A DNA stretch of 64,000 bases from contig MU053513.1 of assembly GCA_013239625.1 (NCBI GenBank), forward strand, positions 2,964,927-3,028,926, read 5' to 3'. Below are positions 37,471-50,714 of the stretch, in pieces. Both the position numbers and the translations under genes were made by a program. Each line of letters opens with the position of its first letter. Within the stretch, counting starts at the first letter, position 1. The DNA is from Lama guanicoe (lineage: Eukaryota). Below the pieces are notes generated by a model. That model had not been told where the DNA came from. It saw only the letters and a program-made list of their open reading frames with translations, and made no database searches.

Positions 37471-38974
37471 CAGGAATGAATTCAATGAACATCAGCGATA
37501 GAACCAATAAGTAGAATGTTCTGTGTCTTATTTTCAGTCTTATTTCACTTTAACTTTGATGAAAGTATACACTTGTGGTGAAGAACTCGTATAAAATGTG
37601 GCTGCACTTGTGGGCACTTATGTTTTCACAGCCTACCAATGCGAGGAGGAGTAGAGACAAGAAAAACATAGAGAAGAAGGAAAAATAACAACATGGATGA
37701 GCAACGCAATATTTGTGCATTAAAGTGAACTGTTATAATTGAATTTCATGGTCTTGATTTTAAATGGTTAGCAATGCTATTGCTATTGCATTATCCCATA
37801 ACATGCTTAGACCACAATACTGTGCAAGCATCACCATCCCACATAACTATCACGACCTGCCTTCAGGTAACCTTGATGGCCAATGTAATCGTAATTGGTG
37901 TCCAAAAATTGGATTGTGCCAAAAAAAAAAAATGACACACTGAAAGCTGATGTGTCGATTTTTAACTGAGCTTACTCTAGCCAAAATGGCTTTCCTTCTT
38001 TCTTCAAAGCAGCTGCCACAGTCAAATATCACCTATAGAAACATTCCTGGAGCAAAATGGCATTGAGCTGTATCTTCTGCATGCTGTAAATGGCCTCCTG
38101 ATGTTCCTGAGTTAACTGGCCTCATATAATGAGAGATAGGTCATTTATGTTTTGTAATCCAGAGTTATAAAGGCCACTCCTTAAAAGTAACACTACTTTA
38201 TCATGGAAAACGTTCTCTAAGTAACACAACCTGGTAGACAAAACATTTAGAGTTATAGCCAAGAGTCTTGGGGTATGGTTTCATCAGAAACCAGTTTGGT
38301 GGTTTTAGGGCCAAACCTGGATTCCCTATCTTGTTTTAATCACCTGACACAATATCCACTGCTACTATTTCCGATGAGTTGAATGAGAATCTATTAACCC
38401 AATTAATGTGAAATAGCTTTGAACACCTAAGTTCTTATTCTAACGTGACGAATAAGGATCACATCCGAACAAGATGAAGTTTTGGTGTGGATTTCAGAAG
38501 CTCCTGGCACTTGTCCCCATCTCCTCCTAAGCCACTCCACAATAAACTATTCCATACACCATCTTGAAGGATGGATTTAAGTAAGTGATTCCTGCAGAGT
38601 ACTTTGAGCAACTCACAGAAACAGACATTTGAAGCACAAATTATTATTTTTATAGAAGATATTACAAGAGCAGGACAGCAGTTACTACAATTACCATTCA
38701 GTGAAGAATCTCCTTAAGTGCATACGGCAGACGTGCTTAGTGAACCGAAATATTTCTATGGGTCTTAGAGGTTTAAACTAATAACACCTATCTAGTTACT
38801 GAAGATAATTTGATGGCTATAATATATATAGATAGATAGGCTCATTATAACAAATGAATTCACTGCAGTATGAAGAAAAATTGAAGCTACTACTGTTATG
38901 CTGATGTGGCTGCCTAGAGCTAACCCCAACTCCCTCCAGACACATTCTCTGCTGGTTCTAATAGAATTTCAGAC

Positions 38975-39065
38975 TAGTACTTAAGTTAGTTTCCTCATCT
39001 GTAAAATGAGGGGGACAGAGATAATTTTTGTGGTTCCTTCCAGCTTCATGAGTATGGAATGGTTT
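38975..39065 (+). mobile_element. MIR (MIR3/MIRc-type) fragment
   Basis: 'agtttcctcatctgtaaaatgaggggg...ggttccttccagct'. Confidence 0.8.
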
Positions 39066-39624
39066 CTGTATGTTGTACAAAATAACAATGGTATCATAAT
39101 GGTAAGCCATTGCAAGAGCTAATCAACAGATAAGAGAGTACTTCCCAGGCCCACAAGAAGGGTATCCCTGACTTTGGCTTAATGAGTACTGCTAACACAT
39201 CAGCAGAAAGAAAATGTCAATTGCCAGGGATAAGCATTAGAGAAACATGATGTTCACAGGGGCAAAACGTGTTTAACCAGCAGTATCCCAACGAATGAGA
39301 CACTGGAGCTGAGAAAACTAAACCAATTCCATTACCAAAAAAGTAACTGCTATTGTGAGGCTGGAATATTTTGTCACTTTCCCAGAGCTTCAGGATTCCA
39401 AGCCTAAATGATCTCCTTTCTTTGTTGACTCCATGTTCCTTGAGCTACCATCTGATCAACAATACAGTTTCCCAGTAACCTCAATAAGAGAATAGGGTGG
39501 AGGATAGAGGTGGTGAGGGAAGGCACAGAGAGCCCTTGATATAGGGATGTAAATTTTAATGCTCCTATTAAAAGGATACCATATGAAAGTTAATTCTGAT
39601 TTACAGATCAGTCATGATAATATC

Positions 39625-39825
39625 CAGCATATAATATTTATCAAGCACTTGCTATGCCCTAAGCACTACTGTAAGTACTTTACACACATGGGCCCATTTA
39701 GTCAACATAGTATCTTACAAGGAAGATTCCATGCTAATTTGAGGAAACAAGCTGAGAGAGATTAAGTAACCCACCCAAGGCTACACAGTTAAAAATGGCA
39801 AATGACTAGAACCATAACCTCTATA
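39625..39825 (-). mobile_element. MIR SINE
   Basis: 'atttatcaagcacttgctatgcc...tgaggaaacaagctgagagagattaagtaacccacccaaggctacacag'. Confidence 0.88.
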
Positions 39826-40679
39826 TTGTTCTTTCAATTTAGTTTTCATGAGGCAGAGACTGAACTGGGTGACCTGAAGATAATGATTTTCTATACTCAT
39901 AAGATTGAAGATCAGGTCTGGAACACGGGTGGCTCAGCTAAGATGCTGTTTCTGAGAACCCTTGGCTGAGATACTTTTAGATAGGATCCTCACAGATACG
40001 GCCTTCAGATCACCACGTAACTCTGAACACAGTGAGCCTCAGATAAAATAAAGTGCTTCCTCACCCAGGACATGAAAGACATCACTCCGGGAGGTCAGGA
40101 AATACCACCGGTGAATATTCCCTAAAGTTTTGAAAGAGAAAATAGGAGATGCTCAGGCATATCTTTCCGACCTGCAGGGACACATGACATACTGAAGGAT
40201 GATGAACTGAGCGCCCCCTCCCCACAATCCACCGCGGGATGAAGGTCTAATTACTCCCCGCTTCAAGTCCTACCCCAAATGCTTTTCACATTTCTGATTT
40301 GTTTCCATTTCCACTAACATGTCTCTCATCCCAGATTTCCTTACTTTATGCCTAATGATGCAACAGTGTCTTAGCTTCTGTCTTCCTTTCCAGCTTTTCC
40401 CACCTCTACCTCACCCTACACAAAGTAGCCAGACCAGTCTCTCGAATACTGTTTTCATCTTACCCCAACTTAGTTGACACAGATTGATTACAAGTCAGTT
40501 GCTTAGATGATCCAAATATTAACATCAAAGAAGCAGCATCAAAGATGACAAAGCAATACTCTCCTACATTAGCTCTCTGTAAATCCCTCTTTGAATACCA
40601 TAAATATTATAGTGAATATTCCCATATCTTTATAAATACCAGTTTCCATAAACACTGAGCCCAATAATACACAGTTATA

Positions 40680-40925
40680 GCAACATGGCATGGAATTAGC
40701 ATGTGGCTCTGATGCTGGGCAGAGCTGGTTCAGAGTTCTGGCCCACCAGTCTGGGAAAATCTGATACATCTCAATGACTCCCGCTTTCCTCAAGAATGAG
40801 ATGGGGATAATTAGGGTATATTCTTCATAAGATTGCTGTGTTGATTAGGGGATAGTTGGTAAATGGTCCTGGGCCCATTTTTTGGCCCATGGTACATGTT
40901 CAGTAAATATTAGCTATCATCATAT
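40680..40925 (+). mobile_element. MIR SINE
   Basis: 'ggttcagagttctggc...ctttcctcaagaatgagatggggataatta...tcagtaaatattagctatcat'. Confidence 0.8.
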
Positions 40926-41344
40926 CATGATTATTACAGCATTGTGGCTTAGTGGTTAAGAGCACAGACACTGGAGTCATAAACACATGGTTTGGGCAAA
41001 TGAAAATTGCGAGTCAAGACCTCTATAAATCTCACCCTGTCTTCTTTCCATGTGGAAAACGTTTCCTCGGTAAAACTATTTAAACCGCTGGAAGTTCTCC
41101 ATCCAGACACTCTTAAACTGTGGTTCAGCAATTGTTAGAATAAAGATAGTGGAAAGAAGAGGCAAACATTGCCCAGAACAGTAGTAAGTTTGCAAACCTC
41201 TCTCATCGACAAATATTTGTTGAATCTCTATTATGCACCACGCCCAAAGATGAATGGCATGGTCCAGTCGTGCCCTCAGAGAACTCATGTCCTAGTTCTA
41301 ATTAGGGGACGTTTTGCTGAGTCCTGGAGACCTGGTTGCCCCTG

Positions 41345-41575
41345 TTGTGTAGCACCTGCTCCACACCCAGCTCCGTGCTAAAGCCTCTGCACACAGTATT
41401 CCATTGGTCCTCTCAGTTATTCTTTGAGAACAACAGCATTTCTCTAATTTTTCATGAAGAAACCGAGACTTAGAGAGGTTGGACAGCTTGTCCAAGGTCA
41501 CACAGCAGGTGGGTGACAGGACCCGGATCCGGCTGACTCTGCACTTACGTGCCCACCACTGGGCTCGCACCTCCT
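41345..41575 (-). mobile_element. MIR SINE
   Basis: 'atgaagaaaccgagacttagagaggttggacagcttgtccaaggtcacacagc'. Confidence 0.88.
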
Positions 41576-41984
41576 GATTGTGCAGGCATCACCAGTTTCC
41601 AATTTTTATCACATAGCTACTGAGATACAGACAACGGCAGCTTTCAGATGTAAAATTTATCTAATTGGCAAAAATCTGGAAGAATGTGAATGCCCAGCAA
41701 TAAAAGAATGATTGAATAAATTGCACTGTATCCAAACTATATCATGCAGCCATTAAGATATCTATTAACCTAGATGGATGTTCATGGTACTTTTTTAAAA
41801 AGTAGTTAAAAGAATCCCTTTTTTAAAAGGATCATTAAATGAAAAAGTGAACCCAAGGGGAATAAGAGATGAACATATTGAATTTAATCCGAATCTGTAC
41901 CTAATTTTCTTTAGGTCTATCCTAATTTCTCTGAAAACTAAAATACCCTTTTAGTAGAAACTGTACCCCCATGAAACATACATG

Positions 41985-42250
41985 AAGAGTATAGACAAGA
42001 GGTTAAGGGCACAAGCTTTGTAAGCAGACAGACCCCAGTTCATGTATCATCTGGGACATACTACCTGTGTGACCTTGACCGCATTACTTACCTCTAAATC
42101 TCAGTTATCTCAGCTACAAAATGAGGATAATAATATTGCACCTTATAGGGCTTTTGTCCTGATTGAATGAGATAATGCAAAGAAAGTTCTGAACACAGTT
42201 CCTGGCACATAGCAAGCGCTCAATAAGTGGTGGCTGTTACTTTATTATCT
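41985..42250 (+). mobile_element. MIR SINE, near full length
   Basis: 'ggttaagggcac...ctgtgtgaccttg...aaaatgaggataataata...cctggcacatagcaagcgctcaataa'. Confidence 0.92.
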
Positions 42251-43067
42251 AACTGCCTTTGAGATCAGCCTTTGCTAAAAACAGAAATCCTTCTGCAGAT
42301 TGACATTTAAAAGGCCACCACCACAAAGAATATGCTAAGGCTTCCAGGAAGGTACTTGTGGAAGTGTGGGCTGATGAATAAACGACATTTGATTTTCTAT
42401 TCCAACATCTTTCCATTTCGACATCTTCTGATTAGACAGACACATGCTATTCTCAAGCTGCTCCGCTTCCCTCCCACATTTTCAAACTAGAATGATTTCA
42501 GATGTGAAGCATGGTCCCCAAGGCTTCCTGTTTGCCATGATCACAGATCACCCCCAGGTCTTTGGGCCCTAAAGCCCTGAAGCAGGTGAGGTAATTAGCT
42601 CGATGGGCACAGCCCAGTTATTTCATGCTTCAGTTGCAAAAAGAAAGGAAGAAGCAAAATGAGGGAAGAGAATGAGAAAGGAGGACAGACGAACCAGTCT
42701 CCACTTACCCTCTGGAGTACTGCTGTAGGTTCTAGAGCAACTAATAAAGGATAAAATTTCAAATTTGGAAAGAGAGTCTTAGATTTTCGGACAACCACAG
42801 CTGATTCGTAAACCAGAGAAGATAAATACAAGCTTATCAACAGTGAAAATGCTACTGCCCAAGTTTAATTAAATTCAGCTTCAGGCTGTGTATTTATACA
42901 CTAACAGAGAGGTATTACTGCCAATATCGTATAGGTCACAGCCCTCATTTCACTTACAATTTCCCCACCACAATCTATGGAGTGCCAGCTGCTTTTAAAC
43001 TATTTAAAGAAGGCACTGGTATTAGATTAGGTATCCAAGACAGAAGGGCTTAATTCTTACCAGAGAA

Positions 43068-43290
43068 TGGTGGTGGTGGTGGTGGTGGTGATGATATTAA
43101 CAGCTAACACACTGAGCACTGACTAGGTGCCAGGCACTATGCTGGGTGCTTTACCCAGCAATTCACGTGACAGATGCTAGCACATGAGGCAGACTAGAAG
43201 AGGTTACATAACCATTCCCAGGCAGTGATGAGCCACAGTTCAGACCCAGGCAGTCTCTCCCCCGAGCCCAAGCTCTTACCACTACATCAT
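43068..43290 (-). mobile_element. MIR SINE with (TGG)n at its tail
   Basis: (tgg)n at 43068-43090, then 'taacagctaacacactgagcactgactaggtgccaggcactatgct...gttcagacccaggcagtct'. Confidence 0.85.
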
Positions 43291-44244
43291 CTTCCATTTA
43301 GGTCTCTTAAGCCCTTAGTTTCTACTGTATCTAGCATTTGATTTCTTCTGGCATTAGAAGTTTCCACTGCTACAGCTGCTTCTAATTTTTTGTAAGCAAA
43401 TGGTAAACCTAGAGCATTTCATTCTAATGCTTCTCACCTACAAATTTAACTTCTTTATCTCCTAAAAGAAATCATGGCCATTTGAGTTGAGCATCATAAT
43501 TCTATATTCAGAACATACATTCATCTTTTACTTTCTTGAATGAGGTTTTGTTTATAGCATATAAGACAAGAAAACAGGATTGAAAAGACAGGGAGGCTAT
43601 AAATCTTCTCACAGAAATAAGACACTCCCATCACATTTGAAAGAGTTTAGAGTTCTTTGGTGCCCTCATTTCACTAGAAAATTTTGGAGGAAGTAAATCC
43701 TGAAGGTCACAAGTATGTCCAAAACAACTAACTAGTTTTTCTAGGTCTGCTGTGTAATCTAGTGATTTCTCTTTCTTCAATCACATTATGCATTGTGCAT
43801 TATGTAGAGTTCAAACCCTTCATTTGGATTGTGTTTTCTTACTGCTAGATTTTTATTTCCAGCTAGACTGCAAGCCCTCTGTGGGCTGAGCCACATCTTA
43901 CAATGCCATGCACACCCAACCCTTCCACAGAATCCGATATATAGCAAGTACTCAGAAGAAGTTTAAGTCAGAGATCATTTATTTTTTAAGCAAACTCCAA
44001 ATCTCTGAAAAGTCGACACTCTAGACTGCATGGCTTCCTCCAATATTGCTTCATCCCAGGGGAGCCTTCAAGTGACAATAAAATTGATTTCCTTCCCCAG
44101 CAACCTGAAGCACTGATGGCTCTGGAATTATCATCTAGATATAAACCCATCTGTGCTAAAGGTGCCCATTTCTTTAAAAAGCTAAGGAAGTAAGGGCCTG
44201 AAGAAACAATATTAGATGAGAATATTTGGCCTTCCAATTTATTT

Positions 44245-44530
44245 TATGGTTACTGAGGGGAGAGGGCTGGGAAGGAATAAAATGGGAGTACAAGATTTGC
44301 AAATATTAACTACTATATATAACACTAGATAAAAAACAAATTTTTTCTGTATAGCACAGGGAACTATAGTCAGTATCTTGTAATAACCTTTAATGAAAAA
44401 GAATATGAAAATGAATATATGCATGTATATGTATGACTGGAACATTATGCTGTACACCAGAGATTGACACATTGTAACTGACTATCCTTCAATAAAAATT
44501 TTTTTTCAAAATTGAATAAAAATGAAATAA
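44245..44530 (+). mobile_element. Lineage-specific L1 3' end (camelid-type)
   Basis: 'ctgtatagcacagggaactata...aacctttaatgaaaaagaatatgaaaatgaatatatg...tgctgtacaccagagattgacacattgtaactgactat...caataaaa'. Confidence 0.9.
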
Positions 44531-45313
44531 AGATTATGCAATTTTGTAAGGATGTACATCGCATGTTTAAACTGAATTGTATCATACATAGAAAGTACTT
44601 ATTAAATATGTATTGAATGAATGCCTTCTTCCAAAAAAACTTAACACCTCATCCTACTTCACAACTGAATTTCAATATAAAAGTTGGAGATAGGTTTACA
44701 ATAACAAAAACACTGTAGATCACATATAAATCATTTTAGCTAAGGATCAATTCTACTTTGAGAACATACCAGTTCCACTAGACAATTTACACATGAGAAA
44801 GCCACTGCAATATGCTTATTGCCTTTAGGTGGGACACAAAAGCTTAAAGTTCACAGCAGTTTGCAGGTTCATGAGAGGCGCCTGAACACCAGCATCTGAG
44901 TCAGAGCGAGGCCAGATGGGCAGGGCTGCCGGCCAAAGAGCTCCACATTCACCTGCTTTACATTATAGAGCGGGATTCTACATAAGCTTCAACTTAATGA
45001 AAGGAAAAGCACCCAAAGGTGCAAAGATACTGGACAGAAAATAAAACAACATCATTAGGCTTCTATCACAGCAGAATAACCTGTCATTCTTTCTCGGCTG
45101 ATATCAGCTGTGAACCTTGGCCTATTTTAGAAGCTACCAGCTTTCATTAGTGATCAGTGGATTTAGGCCAAAGAGACAGGGACAGAGCATAAGCTGAGAC
45201 TCAACTGGGGCAATGAAAGGGCCAATGCGCAAGACTTACTGGAACATACACTGCAGTATGAGGGGCTACTATTGCTGAGAAATTCTTTGAGCTAAATCAG
45301 GTGCTATCCAAAC

Positions 45314-45480
45314 CAGTGTTCTTCAAACCTGACTATGGTTCAGAATCGCCCACGGAGGCCTGAATTCCCCCTAGATGTACTAAATCAGAATCTCCAGGAG
45401 TGGGGAGGGACCCAGGTGACTGCATATTTAACAAGTCCATCCAAATTATTCTTATGCACACCAGGCTTCAGAACCACTAT
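45314..45480. mobile_element. hAT-Charlie MITE (MER5A/B-like)
   Basis: TIR-like 'cagtgttcttcaaac' ... 'agaaccact'; internal 'actaaatcagaatctcc', 'tgcatatttaacaag'. Confidence 0.8.
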
Positions 45481-47049
45481 TATAAGCTATAGCAGTGTCA
45501 TGGTGTGCATTCTTGGCAATGTAAAATGAATTTCTTTAAATTAAGAACTATCAAGACATTTTTGACTGGTGATAATAAAACCATATTCATGAAGTATAGG
45601 TATTAAAATACCTCCCAACATCCAAGACAATTAACTGTCATTTTTAAAAACTGGAGGTTTAAACCAAATGCTCTGAAATCTTCTTTATAAACTCAACATT
45701 AGAATGCAATGCCTGCCTGAAATGGTTCTATATTTGCAACAGATAAGAAAATTTCCTCTCTCACTCATAATAACTAGCTACTTTTGACAACTGTCAGGTT
45801 TTCAAATTGCTAAGATCTGGAGATTCATCAAAATCAACTGCCAGCCAGGCATCTGGTTTTGTAAGTTTCTTTAGAAATATAATCAGTAGCCCTGGCTATG
45901 GACAGGATATTCAAAGCATTGTGAATGCCTCCTCAGATTACTCTGATTTTCACTTTTGTGGCTGAGACATTTTTCCCATTCCTGTGAAATCGCTATTCCG
46001 TGTGTCCTGTTTATAACTTACACAGCACTTGTTCTTCTCAAGCCTCCTGAAGACTGAAGGAAAAAAAAAAAACAAGTAATTTTATGTTTCCAGAACTTTA
46101 TGATATACTCCAAACCATTTCACTGGAGATACGTGCTGCCATCTTATGAGCCCATAATAAGTACCAGAAGGAGACATTTTTAAATCTTACTTAAAGGAAC
46201 ACATACGTACACAGCTCTAACCTACCCACGTGTATCCTCTAAATCCTAATTTTTTAAATTGTCTTCTGTTTAATTTTTGGTTGATATAATTTAAACTCAT
46301 GGAAGCAGTAGGATGCCACTTTTGACTCCACTCTAACATATACCAACCCTGCTGGAAAGCAGCTTGGGCAGGGTTCACTTCCTTAGCTTCTTTTCTTTCC
46401 ACCCCTACTCTTTGCACCCATAATGGGGGTCTCTGCTGTCTCTGAGTTTCAGTGTCTTTTTGTTATGACTAGGGAATATTTCTAATAGCTGGCCTTCTCT
46501 TACATGAAGATTATCTTTAAAAATTACTACAGTTTTAAAAAGTGAATGGATTTGCAATCTGCTCAACAATGCTGTTTCAAAGAAGTAGAATTGAAGAGAG
46601 AGCAAGAAGACTATTACTTTTTTCCTTTCTTCTTTAAAATCACAAAGGTAATTTAATGCTTGTGATAACAAGTCAGATGTACATGAGGTAGAAATATACT
46701 TTTAAACTATTTTAAAGTACCTTAATTTTTACCTTTAAAATGAGATAGTTTCAATTTTGCCAAGTTTTATATTATAAGTACCTATATTTTTTCCAGGCTA
46801 GTTAAATAAGTTAGACTTGGGACCTCTTATAGCTTTTCCTAATAACATCTTTATGACTTACCATGTGTGTGTGGTGTGTTTTACCGCTGAGACTTTTTTT
46901 AATTCTTTAATTCCACTTTTACCCTATATCATTATACTTTGTTTTTCACTTTTCCTTTTTAAGAGTTCTCATAGAAATAAAGTACTTGATTTCTATTTTA
47001 TTTTCCTTATATCACAATTTTCCTGACTTTCAAATATTGCTTTTTGTTT

Positions 47050-47240
47050 TTTTATTATTGTTATTGCGGTAAGAACACTAAACATGAGATCTACCCTCTC
47101 AACAATGTTCTAAGTATACAACACAGCATTGCTAACCATACACGCAATGTTGTACAGCAGACCTCTTGAACTTAATCATTTTTCGAAACTGAAATATTAT
47201 ACCTGTTGAATAGCAGCTCTCCATTTCTCCTTCCCCTCTA
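47050..47240 (-). mobile_element. L1 3'UTR fragment (L1MA/MB-type)
   Basis: 'ggtaagaacactaaacatgagatctaccctc...aatgttgtacagcagacctcttgaactta'. Confidence 0.88.
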
Positions 47241-50189
47241 CTGCCTTTTGCTTTTGTCCTTGTTTTGTTTTTTTTTTTTAACCCCTTTAGTTTGCAATGA
47301 TTGTTCTGGTATGGATATATAGATAGCCTTTCCTGCCATACAAGAGAAAAACAATCAAACCCTTAGCATAGACACACAGAGCTTCCTAGTAGGAATGGGT
47401 CTCTCAACAGGGGCTGTAAACTCAAATTCATTCAGGGAGTAGAAGGCAATAAAACAGTGAAACAGGCAGAGTGTTAAGACATGAAGGAGCAATGGGGACT
47501 GTAGCACTGTACTGGAAAGCCACTTAAAAGCAGTTGTCTTTAAATCTGTAACAATTGAACAGAATACAGAGGAAGAATTCAGCCTTACACGGCCAGTTTT
47601 CAACCTCTGCAAGATTTCACTCCCAGTCTTGTTTTCTCTCTCTCCAGACATGAAGTTCAACGGAAAAGTACACTATAGAATAGATTAAGCGAAAGAACAG
47701 ATAATCCAAAATCTGCATACAGGTGGTCTCAGTGTGCACTGCTTTTCCTACAAATTATATCATTTAAGTATAATTTGTTCAAGCTAACCCTGCATTAGCA
47801 AGCCCAAACAACTCAGTGGTATAAGGGAGGAGAAGGGCGATGAAGCTGACACAGGTGATGAAATCCGCACAGTTGTGTAGTCAACATCATAGGATAAAAA
47901 CAGCTTAATGTAAAATTCAGTACAGTAGAAATTCACAGGCAGATCTGACAATAACTGGATACCCAATGTCTGTCTATGGGACAGTCACTAAATTTAGCCT
48001 TTGGAGATGGTTGAATCTAGTGAAATAAAAGCCAACTAGAGTCTCTCCCCTACCAATCTGTCATTGTCAAGAGGGAATGATTTTTCACAAAAACAGCGTT
48101 TGAAATTTTATCCAATGTAAACTCTGCCCACTGCTTACCAAAAATGGAAACAACACAAGAGGAGGATAATTGCCATTTTCTCCTATCACAAAAGAGAGAC
48201 TTCTAACAGACTGAACAGGGGAGAAAAATCAAAACCTCGGCATGAGACAGCTTTGCCATCCTGATGAAGGGTGAGTCACTAATGCCATGGCAGCTTTCTT
48301 AATTGTAGCTGAGCACACCAATATCCAGCTTAACACTCATTTCCTTCTTAGAGCATCAGAGTACTATTCTCCTCTGATCCACTTATGCCTAGAAATAGAA
48401 ACAGTCTGAAGAACAGAGGAAAATCACATCCTAAATGGGGTATATTTAGCATCTCTACAGCATTTTATGGTTTCAAGGTTTCATATGACCATTTGCATGA
48501 TTCCTTCCTACAAAAGCAGGGACCTTTTTTCTCTGCAAAGGCAGAGAAATAAAGTCATTTGCCAAGGTAACAGAGAAAATTAACAGAATAAGAATCCAAA
48601 CTTATAGCCCCTTCCAGACCATTACTTCATTCACAGAGGGCTGCTACCTCATTTACCACCATTTCCCTCTTAACTCCTGATTGGCCACTGAGAGGCTTTG
48701 AAAGTCCTTTGAAGGACCCCAAGATCTGTGTTGACACACCATCTTTACACAGAATCCCACTGAGAGATGCAAGTCAGGGCACAGGGAACTAATTGTACCC
48801 CAAGAACCGATGCCATCTGCTAGAATACTGGAAACAACAAAAGTCAGAATGCTCTGCAAAGAGGGGGCCTCCTGTGCTAAAAGAGTAAATGATGCCTAGT
48901 TTGCCTGCCTTATGGTATTTTCAGCCAAGCTTATAGGTGTACGTCACTATAGTGACCAGGGTTAATGTAATTGCATCCGTAATTTTCCATGGAGGGTATA
49001 CTCCAATTAAGTCCATGTTAAGTTAGAAACAGTAAAAAAAACTTCTGTAATTTGACCAGATTTGAGATACCTTGTAGCAAGGTCTTACAATATAGTAGGA
49101 AGCCTGATGCTTCACATTTTCAAGAAGTGGGGTGCTGACATAATCAATCTTTTTCTGCCATGTTCTCAAACAGCTTGGCTTCTGTATCAGTTCAGGTTCA
49201 TGGGAAGCTTTAGCAGTGAAAGGCTTCATATTGTAAACGAGCTCCTCCACTGTCATGCAAGCCCAAAGACATCAATGACAGTATTTTTTTCTCCAGGACT
49301 TCAGGGAACTCAGCAAACACTCACTGCTACTTCCTTTTCAGAACGGGAATTTGTTGGCAATTTACTGATAGACGGACAATGCAGAATAAAGTTTAAATTG
49401 GAAATAATTCTAAACAAAGGAAGCCAAGGCTCCTGGAATTTTTTTAAGACAAAATTACACTTTTCTCTATATTCTTATTTTCTTCAGCTGTCCGGCCTTA
49501 GGGTGTGTGCAGGTGTGTATTTGTCTGTATTTTTGTTTCATATGAAAATGCTGACTTGATAATACCCTAGTACAGCGAGACAGAGCCATTCCAATATCAC
49601 AAAGTAAGCAGCACAATACAGAAGTGGTAAAACTCTATTTTATATACTCACTTTCTCTACTCCTCCCCCCCAGCATTCTACCATCAAAAAGAGAATCGGA
49701 TCGATCGGCTCATGACAGTAGACAGTGATTTAATTTCTGACACATGGCAATAAGGTAGACTTCATCAGCAATCTTTGATCCGTGAGAGATTGCCTTATGA
49801 TCTCCCACTCCACAAACCTCATTTAAATTGAATGCTATCATTGAGCAGCTTGCCAATTAAATCAAGATGTCTTAATATTACAGAAAAGAGATTCTTAAAT
49901 GCAATAACAGCATTTCTTATCTCTGTTTACAGCCTTGGACATTGCTATTTAAATACCCCCAAGGATATAAATTCTAGGACGAATTTCACTTTGCACAATT
50001 TCAGTTCACTGACTTTAACTGCACATCTCTCTCAGCACCAGTAGCATTCAGGAATGCAATCCTGGTCTCCAGTTTCAAAAAAATTTTTAAATTTTAAGGG
50101 AACTGGGTCAAATGTATTAGAAATACTATTTTTATTTTTTCCAGACTAGTTAAATAATACATACGTACCTTTTCAAACATACACAAGAG

Positions 50190-50410
50190 ATAGCTCCCAT
50201 TTGACAACTACGCATGCAAGGACTTCGCTAAGCACAGCATACATATCATCCTAGCTATTTCTACAAAACCTTTGAGGGAGGTGCTTGCTGCATATCACAG
50301 TGGTAGGTACCGAGGTTGAGACCAGTTAGGCAGATGACCACGAATGAGACCTCTAAGCCTGGATTCAAATCCCAGTGTCCATGTAATTACTACACTGCAA
50401 TGCCACCCAT
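50190..50410 (-). mobile_element. MIR SINE (decayed)
   Basis: 'atagctcccatttg...ctaagcac...acaaaacctttgaggg...ctggattcaaatccca'. Confidence 0.6.
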
Positions 50411-50714
50411 CCCACAAACTATCTCTATGGGACTGTGAACAGCAGTTACAGAAGCTGCTGTACCAGGTACAAGACCAGATGAGCCACTCAAGGTTGGCCT
50501 TTGGCCCTCTATGGCCAGTTTAGCATCACTAAATTTCTCTCATTTGACTTTTATGTTTTTTGTTACACCCACGTAATAAATCTCCTCACCATACAAAAAA
50601 CAAAACAAAAAAACACATGAAAAGCACTTCAACCATACTGCAGACTAATTTGAAATTTGGACACAGCTGCCTTTAGGTGGGTGAGGAGAGTAGTGTTAAT
50701 CATATGTGAGTTGG

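Noticed and set aside
40208..40225. gcgccccctccc as a CTCF site
   Set aside because: It matches only the GGGGGCGC half; the conserved CC end of the motif is missing
41985..42080. tRNA-like A/B-box remnants
   Set aside because: They belong to the tRNA-derived head of a MIR; no cloverleaf
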